From the IMG/VR virus record IMGVR_UViG_3300035053_000267, positions 32,001 to 96,000 of that record: a stretch of DNA of 64,000 nt; one strand, given 5' to 3'. The notes beneath the pieces were generated by a model, which was not told the origin of the DNA, did no database searches, and worked only from the letters and a program-made list of their open reading frames with translations. Of the stretch, positions 34,669-44,377 are shown piece after piece. Source of the stretch: a virus. Position numbers and translations under genes: made by a program. Positions within the stretch are counted from its first letter, which is position 1. The number at the start of each line of letters is the position of its first letter.

Positions 34669-36432
34669 TTACATTCCACCCTGTAGAGCAAGCTTACCCT
34701 GCAGTTCGGCGTCTCCTCTGATCTGCTCCATATTGGCTTTTACCAAAGCATGCAGTGTCTGATTGGTATTTTTAATGTTCTGCATCTCACTTCGTCTGGC
34801 GGAATAAGGCATGGTAACCAGTTGCTGCGCTATTTCCTGAGCCTGCCCTTGAAGATCCTGAGGTGTCATGGCCGCAGACGGCATAGCGGCTCCGGCACCC
34901 ATAGGTCCAGCTCCAGCCGGCATTGCACCTGGCGGCATATTTCCAGAAACCTGATCAGAAAGCATCTGCTTCTGCATCATATCTTCTTGAACTTCCTGCA
35001 TGAGCTTTGAAGACTCTACCTGCTCCTTTAAAGCCCTTTCAGTCTCTTCCTTGGCGTCAATATTCCAAGGAGAAAATGCCGTCTGTTTGCTTATCATATT
35101 TGCGGAAGCAAGCTGTAACCAGACTTGACGCATTTCTATGTCGTCAGCCATCGTAACAGGTTTGAGCTTTACTTTTTCAGGCCTCGGCCAGTTCATGTAA
35201 TTGCATATAACAGTAGTAGAAAACTCAATAAAATCATTAAAAGCCCCAATAAGTTGCGGCCAAGTCTGCTGAAACAATCTCAATGCAGTAGGAGCAGCCT
35301 GAAATTGAAGGGTACCTTTATACAGTTCAGCAGGAATTCCAATGGAATTTAGCAGCTCATCCATACCCTGATTTAAGAGTTCCGGTGTGGTCAAATCTTT
35401 AGCCTCTCCACTGAGCGCCTGATAATCCACAGGAAAAGGTAGAACATGCCAGGATGCAGGATCCTGCCTGTGCTCTCTCACAATCTGACTGAACTTATTC
35501 TTAAACTCACCCATACCGACCCTTAAGAGAGGATCTTCAAGCCTCCCCCTAGCGGGAGTAACCAGACGGAAAGGAACAGAATAATCCAAAGCAAGAGCTT
35601 CATTATACCTCTTAAGAATTTGAACATACCAACCCTGTGCAAAATTAGACAACAGTCTGGAAACCCCCCAACCACCCGAGTCTACTCCACATACAGTGTC
35701 TTCCCGCATGTGGTGAATAATGCCATCAAAAAATTTAAAAGGCTTTCTCTGTTTAACACATTCCAATATCTCGACAGGTGTACTTTTAACAAAAAACTGG
35801 TTACCGGACGATATTTCGTTAATGAACTTTGTTGGAATATTCCAGTAATACTCCCTGTCCTGACTTATTCTATGATACTTTATTTTTATTTCATTAAGAG
35901 GCCACCTTATAAGAGCTATCTTATCCCTCTCTGTAGATTTTTTGTCTATTCTATCGTGTTTAAGGTTCGCTTTACACGCCGGACACCGAGCAAAGAACTC
36001 AAACTCTTTATACGACCATTCACCTATATTATCAATAAGACGCTCTAAACCGCATTTACTGCATTTTAAAAACCGCCTAAAAGGAGTATATACAGATGAA
36101 ATCGAATTACCATAGCATAGAAAATCATCCCCGAGTAGCATCAGCTTTTCATTAATATTAAATCGACGTTTATAAAAGTCTACAAAATTATCATCAACGT
36201 CACTGGGAGTGTCTATATCGGTTATAAAATACCTTACAATGCGCCCGGCCGCCATCCGATAGACGCCATTCTTAAGCCACATCGCTTCGCATAAATCTAA
36301 TACATTTTTAAGCGAAGAAGGCATCATCAGTGAAGCCATGTCTAAAAATGGATCAGGAAAATCTCCTGTAGAGGAACTAAGCTGATTAAATTTAGAGCTG
36401 AAGTTCCCTGGAAAAGATCTTGAATAACTCAC
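34669..36432 (-). CDS. Putative portal protein
   Basis: 587 aa; DFLCYGNS, GWGVSRL, IGIPAEL portal-like elements with CxxC..CxxC insert; heads the structural module. Confidence 0.55.
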   Translation of the reverse strand: MSYSRSFPGNFSSKFNQLSSSTGDFPDPFLDMASLMMPSSLKNVLDLCEAMWLKNGVYRMAAGRIVRYFITDIDTPSDVDDNFVDFYKRRFNINEKLMLLGDDFLCYGNSISSVYTPFRRFLKCSKCGLERLIDNIGEWSYKEFEFFARCPACKANLKHDRIDKKSTERDKIALIRWPLNEIKIKYHRISQDREYYWNIPTKFINEISSGNQFFVKSTPVEILECVKQRKPFKFFDGIIHHMREDTVCGVDSGGWGVSRLLSNFAQGWYVQILKRYNEALALDYSVPFRLVTPARGRLEDPLLRVGMGEFKNKFSQIVREHRQDPASWHVLPFPVDYQALSGEAKDLTTPELLNQGMDELLNSIGIPAELYKGTLQFQAAPTALRLFQQTWPQLIGAFNDFIEFSTTVICNYMNWPRPEKVKLKPVTMADDIEMRQVWLQLASANMISKQTAFSPWNIDAKEETERALKEQVESSKLMQEVQEDMMQKQMLSDQVSGNMPPGAMPAGAGPMGAGAAMPSAAMTPQDLQGQAQEIAQQLVTMPYSARRSEMQNIKNTNQTLHALVKANMEQIRGDAELQGKLALQGGM

Positions 36433-36433
36433 A

Positions 36434-36601
36434 TTACACCTTTATTGCGCTGTCTTGCAGCCGCACAGCATTAGCTTTTTTGCTGATACTTCTGCTATGT
36501 GCCTCACACAAAGCCAAACCGTCCTTGACTATAACAGAATCTTTACTGCCACAGATTGAACAGGGAGTAAGTCGACTTTTAACTACGCCAGTCTTTTTCA
36601 T
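36434..36601 (-). CDS. Small zinc-finger protein (55 aa, not in ORF track)
   Basis: MKKTG...CSICG...LCEAH...KKA. Confidence 0.45.
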   Translation of the reverse strand: MKKTGVVKSRLTPCSICGSKDSVIVKDGLALCEAHSRSISKKANAVRLQDSAIKV

Positions 36602-36725
36602 TTAATTAGTCCTAACGCTTAAATATACAAAAGAATTGTCTACAAATGTAGCAAAAAAAGACATACAAGTCAATAAACGAGAAAAAATAGCTAAAAAAAA
36701 TAGTTCCCAAAGTAATAGTATTTCA

Positions 36726-37775
36726 TCACACTGGGGATAAAGCAGGGCGACTATAAACTGCCCTGTTGCGGATGTTGATTGCGGCATTAAAATCCGCATC
36801 CAACATGGCTCCACAAGACACACAATCAAAGAGCTTGCCTTTGCGGCTAGATTTGTCTGTATGTCCACATTTGCTACAGGTTTGCGAGGTATAAGCAGGA
36901 TTGACTTTTGTAAAGGCAATGCCTGCCTCCTCGCAAACAGATGCCAGTTTATGCAAAACCTTTACATAACTCCAGCGCTGCAGCTTGTTATTAAACTTCT
37001 TGCTGATTTTCCCCTTGGATTTGTATTTTACATTCTTAAGGTCTTCGACCACAAGTTCCTTAACGTTTTCGAGATCGAGCCTGTTAACAGTCTGATTAAT
37101 CAACTGGTCGCGTTCGGTCAACGCACATTTAAAGGCTTTTGACCCCTGCCGCTTGCGAGAGATCTTCTCGTAAACCTGTTCGAGCTCCTGTCCGTGTTCC
37201 TGCCCTTCAGAGTCGGCCAGCAATGCTTTGTAGCCACAGTCATAACCAACCGTCTTTCCTGCTTTAACAGGCTCCGGTTTCGGTTTCTCTGCGTAAAGAT
37301 CTATAAAGTACTTGCCGCCATTACGCCGCAACCGGCATCCTTGTTTAAGAGAGTAGCCCCGACCTAAGAGACTTAACATATGCTTATGCCTCCGAGACGG
37401 AAGCTTGAGCATAATGCGGCCCCCTATAGATGATAACCCGAACCAAATATCATAGGAGTTCTGGTCAAACTCAATATCTATAAACCTGGAATCAAGGTTG
37501 ATAACTGGTCTGCGAAATGTAGGTTTTGTCTTATGTCGTTTCCTTCGCTGCGACTTAACAATCTCCAAAGCTTGCTTTCCAAGAGCCTGTTGAAGACGGG
37601 CAGAAAGCCAGGTGTTGACTTTAAATGTCACGAATTTGGATGAGAAGTTCTTCTCTTCCCATAAACGGGCAATAAACAGGTTCACAACACGGATAGACTC
37701 ATCAATAACACGGTCGAGCTCTTGTAGTTTGCCGGTGTTCGCCTCATTGATGCTGAACTGTATGCGTCTAATCAT
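36726..37775 (-). CDS. tnpB: TnpB
   Basis: GYDCG, VEDL, TSQTCSKCG, DADFNAA. Confidence 0.92.
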   Translation of the reverse strand: MIRRIQFSINEANTGKLQELDRVIDESIRVVNLFIARLWEEKNFSSKFVTFKVNTWLSARLQQALGKQALEIVKSQRRKRHKTKPTFRRPVINLDSRFIDIEFDQNSYDIWFGLSSIGGRIMLKLPSRRHKHMLSLLGRGYSLKQGCRLRRNGGKYFIDLYAEKPKPEPVKAGKTVGYDCGYKALLADSEGQEHGQELEQVYEKISRKRQGSKAFKCALTERDQLINQTVNRLDLENVKELVVEDLKNVKYKSKGKISKKFNNKLQRWSYVKVLHKLASVCEEAGIAFTKVNPAYTSQTCSKCGHTDKSSRKGKLFDCVSCGAMLDADFNAAINIRNRAVYSRPALSPV

Positions 37776-38337
37776 GTTGTAGTTCCCTGATCAATTGTTC
37801 CGTTTTTCTCCTGGTCCTTCGTAGGCCGTAAAGACGCGCACAGAATGATGTAACCAGAGACACGAAGTCCTGCATAAGGTCCTGTTTGTCGCCATCCACA
37901 TTATTGACAACAACAAGCTCAACTTTGTTCCGAAGTGCCAACAGTTCAATGTAAGCATAACCAAATCGTGTCAATCTGTCTTTGTGCTCAACCACAATAC
38001 GTGTTACCGAGGTATCCCCCAGTAGCTTTAAAAGCTTGGGCCGCCGGTCATTTAAACCAGACCCAACCTCTTTTACGACCACGTCAACAGACCAGCCACG
38101 GGCGTTTGCAAACTGTGTTAATCGTAGTGCTTGTCCTTCTAAATTATCTTTATTCTGAGAAGAGCTAACACGAGCATACACAGCGGTTTTTTCCGGGCGT
38201 CCAGGAGAGTCTTCTGGTATAAGAATTTTTCCAAACTCGTTCTTGGTCGCACGAGGAATTAAGTCCCGTTTGTAGCGGTTCCAAGCTGCACGATACTTAA
38301 TTCCATGTTGTTTTGCATAATCACTAAGTGTCAACAT
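37768..38337 (-). CDS. tnpA: IS607 TnpA serine recombinase
   Basis: N-terminal HTH, YARVSS, EVGSGLN, HKDRLTRFG, SFCARLYG. Confidence 0.93.
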   Translation of the reverse strand: MLTLSDYAKQHGIKYRAAWNRYKRDLIPRATKNEFGKILIPEDSPGRPEKTAVYARVSSSQNKDNLEGQALRLTQFANARGWSVDVVVKEVGSGLNDRRPKLLKLLGDTSVTRIVVEHKDRLTRFGYAYIELLALRNKVELVVVNNVDGDKQDLMQDFVSLVTSFCARLYGLRRTRRKTEQLIRELQHD

Positions 38338-38487
38338 ATACGTATACTATACTATTAAATTAAATTGTCAACATAATTTAGTTAAATACAGAGGAGGGCA
38401 AGATCATCAGAAACGCGCCGGAAAAACGCTATAAGACCAGAACTGAATCACCGCCCCTCCACTGTAAAATACCCGGCTCTCTTAAAA

Positions 38488-40254
38488 CTAGACAGCTACA
38501 GGCCACTTAATGACAAACTGCCCCGCCTCATCATGAATGTTTACAAACTGTAAAAACTGTAAAATAAGCATCACAGCTACATCGTACTGAAAGGTCGATA
38601 AAGCCTGGAATATGGGCTCTCTGGCAGTACCGAAACACGGCGATCCCTCCTCATGAAGAACATGAGGAGCATGTAGGCACCCAAAAGCCGGAACATCATC
38701 CCGTACTGGGTTGGTTAAATTTAATATGTTAACACTTGAAGTGTGCGCATTAAGTGAGGTTACATGAAGACTAGAACTAGACTCAGATGATATAATTATT
38801 CTAAACTCTCCCAAATTATATTTAGTACCCTCCTCATCAGTACACTTGATGAACTCAGTATCTACAACAACCGCTGCACAACCGGGGCCATACGACCAAG
38901 CACTCGCCTTTTTAACAAGAGGAGTACGATTCAGTGTCTCCAACTGCTCAGACATATTTATGCCACGCAAAGAAAGCGCGTTAACTATTGCAATTTTAGA
39001 CAGTATCTCACTGTACTTTGCTGTGTTCGCTCGCAGATCATTGGAAAGAGACTCTGATAACTCTTTAAACTTATCTGAGCCTAGGCGGTCCGCGACAGCA
39101 TCAGGATCAGAAACAACTATACCTTCAAAAGAGTCGCTGGGATTGAACGTATCCAAAAAAGTATCAACAACCCATGAAGGTACCTGGCTGTACTCCATCC
39201 AAAAAATAGTAGGCAAATATACTACAGCCCGTATAGTGTTCAACTCAGAATTATTCATAAAAACAGGTTTTTCAACAGAAAGAATATCATTACGTCCAGA
39301 CCCAAAAATGTCATAAGAATAAACAGAACACTCGGACTCATTAGAATCGAGACCAATAAAGCGATGAACTGACGCAGAACCTACAGTACCGTCGTTTGAA
39401 CTTACCAATACGCCAAACTTGCTTAATGCATGAGAATCATTAGGCATGAGTACAAGCTTTTTATTACATGAGATATGACCACGCGCAATTACTGTAGGAT
39501 CACAGTAAGTACCGTATATAACAGCGTATTTAATGCCACTAGTTCTGGCAGCCAGACTGGCTACAATGGGGAGATACAACACAAAATCAGAAACAGCGCC
39601 CTCAGAAAACCACACTTCATGTCCCATATACTCTATTTTCCGCAGATCACCAGATAGCACGTGTACTTTGTAGCTACTCAGGTCTACACGGGAATTACGA
39701 GTACCAACACCTAGATCTAAAATAAGAGGAATTACCGAAGGACACTCTACAGCCCTTGCAGAAGTATCCGGAGTACTTTGCTCCCAGATCCGGCGTAATT
39801 TCACCAAAAAATTACGAGAGCTTGAAATCCTTTCTGGCTGCTCGACCGGATTCTCTGGTCCTTGAGGGGGCAGCGGTGGAACAGGAGTCTCACGAACATC
39901 AATCCATGTATTATATGTACCCTCCGTTATAGGCGGCGACTCTCGCGTTTCTTGTACATCATTCGCAGCATGTGCCGCTATAAATCGATCAATAAAATTG
40001 CCAAAATCCGTTATTACTAGATCATTTGCTGCAACTATTAAAACGTCTGGAGAGCACATAACCGTACCCAGGCTATTTACCGACAACTCACGTGAAAAGA
40101 ACTCACTGGCTAAAGAGAGCTTAATAACAACAGACTCAAACCCGAGAACAGACTCAACCCGCACTAAATCAGGCCGAAAAAACCGTATCATCTTGTCCAA
40201 ATCCGCACTGCTTGGAGACTCTCCTGCAAGAGGAACAGCTAAAAACTTTCTCAT
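38488..40254 (-). CDS. Large protein with C-terminal prokaryotic E2-like domain
   Basis: LGEFRI...NLT...HAPHV..EGSPCFG; paralogous to C-terminus of 42270-43967. Confidence 0.65.
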   Translation of the reverse strand: MRKFLAVPLAGESPSSADLDKMIRFFRPDLVRVESVLGFESVVIKLSLASEFFSRELSVNSLGTVMCSPDVLIVAANDLVITDFGNFIDRFIAAHAANDVQETRESPPITEGTYNTWIDVRETPVPPLPPQGPENPVEQPERISSSRNFLVKLRRIWEQSTPDTSARAVECPSVIPLILDLGVGTRNSRVDLSSYKVHVLSGDLRKIEYMGHEVWFSEGAVSDFVLYLPIVASLAARTSGIKYAVIYGTYCDPTVIARGHISCNKKLVLMPNDSHALSKFGVLVSSNDGTVGSASVHRFIGLDSNESECSVYSYDIFGSGRNDILSVEKPVFMNNSELNTIRAVVYLPTIFWMEYSQVPSWVVDTFLDTFNPSDSFEGIVVSDPDAVADRLGSDKFKELSESLSNDLRANTAKYSEILSKIAIVNALSLRGINMSEQLETLNRTPLVKKASAWSYGPGCAAVVVDTEFIKCTDEEGTKYNLGEFRIIISSESSSSLHVTSLNAHTSSVNILNLTNPVRDDVPAFGCLHAPHVLHEEGSPCFGTAREPIFQALSTFQYDVAVMLILQFLQFVNIHDEAGQFVIKWPVAV

Positions 40255-40300
40255 ATTAAAACCTCAAAAATACAATGAAAAAATGAAAAATAAACAACAT

Positions 40301-40333
40301 AAAAAACAGGAGGAGCCATAAGGCTCCTCCTGT
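40301..40333 (-). terminator. Intrinsic terminator after the Ubl gene
   Basis: ACAGGAGGAGCC/GGCTCCTCCTGT then T-run. Confidence 0.7.
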
Positions 40334-40357
40334 CACATGCACAACAGTCAAACGACC

Positions 40358-40789
40358 TTAGTTGTTGCCTTTGACCTTGGCCGTAATAAGAACAGACGAG
40401 TCCTCTTCCAGAACACTTGCTGTGTTGGAAGTCGTAACACCATTTACGGAAAGACTGTCACATGAGGAATCAAACTGCACACCCGCTTCATCGAGCGCTC
40501 CAGCGACAGTGATGCCGCTTGTAACGGAGATCTGCGCCAGGCGGCCGGGAACCCGTCCAACCCTGACAACGATGGGGTGCTGGTTGCCCTTGATCCTCCG
40601 AGTCAGAATCACCGAATCGCCCTCATCCAGGGAGTCAGAGCTAGAAGCCGTACAACCATTAAGACGAATTTCATATCCTTCGTCACTGATACCGGACACG
40701 GAAAGTGCGTCTGAAACGGTAGCGTCGTCCTCAAGCGCGACGGACTGAATGGAACCGGGGAATTTACCAATATTTACTGTGATAGGCAT
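40358..40789 (-). CDS. Tandem ubiquitin-like (beta-grasp, ThiS/MoaD-like) protein
   Basis: Two ~70-aa repeats with TVxxAL, xNG, GDSV; each ends KGN. Confidence 0.8.
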   Translation of the reverse strand: MPITVNIGKFPGSIQSVALEDDATVSDALSVSGISDEGYEIRLNGCTASSSDSLDEGDSVILTRRIKGNQHPIVVRVGRVPGRLAQISVTSGITVAGALDEAGVQFDSSCDSLSVNGVTTSNTASVLEEDSSVLITAKVKGNN

Positions 40790-40814
40790 AGTTAATCCTT
40801 TCTTGCCTTGTAAG

Positions 40815-41504
40815 TTAAAACTTGTTGCATAAACACGAATAGGGCCTGAGCCCTACAATCAACTCATTCTCAACATCGTCATTATTGTCTTCATTGTGGT
40901 TGTATAATGCGTTCCAGCGTATGAAGTTCCACACGGCCGCAGCCGATACGGCGTCCGCCGTGGGGCCAACAGAAAAGGTGGAACCGCAGGCCGAAACTTC
41001 TGCCTCACTATCGTCATACAGCGTATTTTCCCACGCCTCAATATGGGTCACTGACGACGGATTAAATGCATAGACTCTAAACACATCCGTACCCATGCGA
41101 GTCTCTATAACCCAACGAACACTCAATTTAAACTTAAGACTACTCTCAAAAACCTCCTTTCTTGATTTCATTGTATCTGTGAGCAGAAACACAACTCCGG
41201 AGAAGTTTACGGGTTCTTCTCCAACCTTACAATCGTTAATTTTTATTTCTGTTCCTGTATACTCCTTGACTATGCTGTAAAGTGCTTCAGATTTTTTCAT
41301 GCCAACATGGCAATTGCCGTAAATCTGATTGGCAACATTATGCTCAGCCACTATATCGTCATCCCAGACGTTTATATGTTTTACACCGAGCTTGGCCAAA
41401 CTCATAACTATTTTTGATCCTGTAGCGCCCACTCCTATTATATTGACGTTATCATTAAAGCGCTCAGGGTTAAAAACATTCAAATGTCGTAATGGATCTA
41501 TCAT
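40815..41504 (-). CDS. E1/ThiF-family adenylyltransferase
   Basis: IIGVGATGS, WDDD.V..HN..NQ, TD...R, RMG, SACG. Confidence 0.9.
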   Translation of the reverse strand: MIDPLRHLNVFNPERFNDNVNIIGVGATGSKIVMSLAKLGVKHINVWDDDIVAEHNVANQIYGNCHVGMKKSEALYSIVKEYTGTEIKINDCKVGEEPVNFSGVVFLLTDTMKSRKEVFESSLKFKLSVRWVIETRMGTDVFRVYAFNPSSVTHIEAWENTLYDDSEAEVSACGSTFSVGPTADAVSAAAVWNFIRWNALYNHNEDNNDDVENELIVGLRPYSCLCNKF

Positions 41505-42286
41505 TGTGTATACCAGTATACTATCGGATCTATGTCGTTATCGGAATCTAAAGCGTCCGGAATATACCCTACTTCCGCCCTTCCTGTCGAACCATCCGGA
41601 TTTATGACCTCAAGGTGCTTTCTATACGCTTCCGGCAGCCTGCTGTCGAAATCCGAATCAAATCCGTAAACGCCGTAACTGTGACGCCTTCTGGATCCAA
41701 GACTATAGCCTTTATACGTGTAGTCCTTCACCTTGGCGTCCAGTTCACTTTTTACCTGTTCTTTAATGCTCGCGCTTATGGGCAGATGCAGTGACCACGG
41801 AATATCTTTAATTACCAGATCCCGGTTAAACAGAAAGAGATCGAATCTTATTTTGCCTTTTTTATTGGCAATAGCTCTTAAAAACCATTCTGACCCGTTC
41901 TTATTAAACTCTTCCATCTGAGTGTCATCCTGGCCTGATGGACCCACATCCATATTGACATGTGAGTGGCCCCACAGTTTAAGAGAGTTAATAAGATCGA
42001 GACTGTTCTCCTCCTTGGCCATCAGCTCACCGGCAAGTTTAGCTATAGACTCAGGGTCCAGCTCATTGGTTGCCATTGACGCTTCCTGTTCCAGAAGGAA
42101 AACATCAGTTACCAGAAAACTCATGTTGTCTCTGACAACTGTTCCAAGCCAGCCGACCTCTTTATTACATAGATCCACTATATGCCACATCTTAGCTAAA
42201 GCTTCAGGCTGGATATATACCGACGGAGTCCCCAGGGAGGACTCGTACCTTGTATTAAACTCATGACATCTAAAATATGGCATCAT
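41501..42286 (-). CDS. JAB/MPN+ metallopeptidase
   Basis: EVGWLG...HSH...PSGQD JAMM motif. Confidence 0.88.
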   Translation of the reverse strand: MMPYFRCHEFNTRYESSLGTPSVYIQPEALAKMWHIVDLCNKEVGWLGTVVRDNMSFLVTDVFLLEQEASMATNELDPESIAKLAGELMAKEENSLDLINSLKLWGHSHVNMDVGPSGQDDTQMEEFNKNGSEWFLRAIANKKGKIRFDLFLFNRDLVIKDIPWSLHLPISASIKEQVKSELDAKVKDYTYKGYSLGSRRRHSYGVYGFDSDFDSRLPEAYRKHLEVINPDGSTGRAEVGYIPDALDSDNDIDPIVYWYTQ

Positions 42287-43967
42287 ATCTCAAATTACCT
42301 TTTTTCCTTTCAGCAACCCTGTCGGCTGCACGCTTTTCAATAAGAGCATTTTCCTTAGCAGTTATTGTCGGCCAACGATCAATTTTACAGCCGGCAGCGT
42401 CATCTCTGTTGACAGTTTCAATAAACGATATACCGATAACCGCGATAGGTGTTATTTTACCTGCCTTAATAGCATCAACCATGGCATTTATTGCAGAGCC
42501 GAAACAGGCTTCGCCGTTAGAGAATATGTGCGGAGCTTGCATGCCCGCGTTGTACGCGTCCACCTTTCGGGTAAGATTATCAAAGCGTATGGCCCCAACA
42601 TTTATGTCGTTACTCTTACTGGTAAACACTCCCATGTCTACATCAATAATGAACTTACCTATGTCATACAGTTTCTCGTCATTAACAACAAGAGTATCCG
42701 TAAAAATGTGCAACCTGTTTTTCTTGTAAACAACCACATCCAGAACTTTTCTGGTACACATGGCCGCTCTGATATCGTTTTCTATATCCTGCGTTATTTT
42801 ACTCACGTCACCGGAGGATATAAAGTACTCAATACTCTGTATAACCTGGGACTCACTGCGAGCCGAACTGTACAGCCTTACAGCTTCTTTCATAGTTGCG
42901 TCAGCTCTTGACACTTTATCAGAATAAATGGCCTTGTAAGATGCCAGCTGCTCCTTTAAAGACCCTTTAACAGCATTAGCCATGTCGTCGGAAAAATTAA
43001 AAGAATAGATGGATCTGGCTTTACTCTCCATCACATCTTTACGCAGATCATCGTTCATATAGGTTTTAAGCACATAATCGATACACTTTTCAAGAATCTC
43101 CAGTTTTTTAGGAAACTGAAGTTTACGTTCAGCTGAGAGTCTCGGCTGGTTGATAAGAGTGGAATTAGCCATAACCAGACAATTATGATCACGAACTGCA
43201 AACATAACATCATCAGGATTGTGACTCGCCTCCAGATATTTGACAATATCATCATAGCTTACAGATATGTTCTCCTCCAACTCTCTGGCCGTAACGCCCA
43301 CAAACCTGTAGGCGTCCTCTTTAAAGCGGCCATACAGGCGACTACCACGAACAACCGCCATAAGCACAGTATTGAGAGCTCCCAGTGATGTAGCGTCGTC
43401 CACCAATCCTGACCTCATAGGTTGGGAAGCACCTGAATACGTCGTAGTCAGGATAAACGCCAGTTTATCAAAAGTCACGGACGGGTCATCCTCAGGCTCC
43501 ATAATGTCATTTAAATTCTGACTTGCCACGTACTTTGTCAGCATGGACACAGGCAGACATCTAAAATCAGCTAAAGGACCGTGACTATAAATACGCAAAC
43601 CATTCAATATACGGCTTGTAGTAGTCACAGTAACTATATTAGAAGACAGCATACCCGGCCTATACAGGGGCACTGCCGGAAACGCGCACAGGGCTGAACT
43701 GGCCCTGCCTATATAGCTACCTGTCAGCTCGGAGGGTATGGGTTTGGATATCCTTAGTATATTTTGATTATAGCCGTACAGAAAAGGAACCCGGGAAAAC
43801 ATCATAGGATAGTACGCATATCCCCCAATCGAGTCAAATCTGGCCGTCACGTCAGTGCCTTTATCCCACTCTGTAAACGTCAAATCACAATCGTCCGGGG
43901 GTCGTAATATTCTCTCAACTGCCGCTTTTTTTATCATTAACCTCATTGTAGTAGAAACTACCGACAT
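42270..43967 (-). CDS. Large coiled-coil protein with C-terminal prokaryotic E2-like domain
   Basis: IGKFII...NLT...APHIFSNGEACFG. Confidence 0.65.
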   Translation of the reverse strand: MSVVSTTMRLMIKKAAVERILRPPDDCDLTFTEWDKGTDVTARFDSIGGYAYYPMMFSRVPFLYGYNQNILRISKPIPSELTGSYIGRASSALCAFPAVPLYRPGMLSSNIVTVTTTSRILNGLRIYSHGPLADFRCLPVSMLTKYVASQNLNDIMEPEDDPSVTFDKLAFILTTTYSGASQPMRSGLVDDATSLGALNTVLMAVVRGSRLYGRFKEDAYRFVGVTARELEENISVSYDDIVKYLEASHNPDDVMFAVRDHNCLVMANSTLINQPRLSAERKLQFPKKLEILEKCIDYVLKTYMNDDLRKDVMESKARSIYSFNFSDDMANAVKGSLKEQLASYKAIYSDKVSRADATMKEAVRLYSSARSESQVIQSIEYFISSGDVSKITQDIENDIRAAMCTRKVLDVVVYKKNRLHIFTDTLVVNDEKLYDIGKFIIDVDMGVFTSKSNDINVGAIRFDNLTRKVDAYNAGMQAPHIFSNGEACFGSAINAMVDAIKAGKITPIAVIGISFIETVNRDDAAGCKIDRWPTITAKENALIEKRAADRVAERKKGNLRYDAIF

Positions 43968-44105
43968 AAAGCCTCCATAGTCTACACAGGCTTAAAACTC
44001 TTGACTTCGTACGCGCAAGTTGCCAGGCGCTCGCCATCGTAGGCGATTAAATCCCATGGCCTTGCATACACGCGTATAAGTCGACAGTTCTGACCTGTTA
44101 TTGTT

Positions 44106-44372
44106 TTAACGGCATTTCTTACAGCTGCCGCATTTTTTTTTTCTTTTGTACATAACACACGCTGATTTAACCTGCCGCAAAGGTCTTAAGGCTCTGTTTG
44201 TAGCCTCACGTGACTTTACGCAGTTCCAGCCTATATCAACGCTGTTATTTTCAAGATCCGTAAAAGTATCACCATTCTTCAGTACAGGTTTAAAACCTAA
44301 AATCAAATCATCAATATATTTTGATTCCCTGAACTTCCTCAGATCACAATTAGCCGTATTGACAACCAGCAT
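44106..44372 (-). CDS. Hypothetical protein
   Basis: GGAGG RBS. Confidence 0.45.
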   Translation of the reverse strand: MLVVNTANCDLRKFRESKYIDDLILGFKPVLKNGDTFTDLENNSVDIGWNCVKSREATNRALRPLRQVKSACVMYKRKKKCGSCKKCR

Positions 44373-44377
44373 GACGA

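Larger units (their letters stand above)
36705..38395 (-). mobile_element. IS607-family element (ends approximate)
   Basis: Overlapping tnpA serine recombinase and tnpB. Confidence 0.85.

Noticed and set aside
40358-41504. Thiamine/molybdopterin sulfur-carrier pathway
   Set aside because: No GG terminus or pathway genes; E2-like neighbours favour conjugation, though it is not formally excluded
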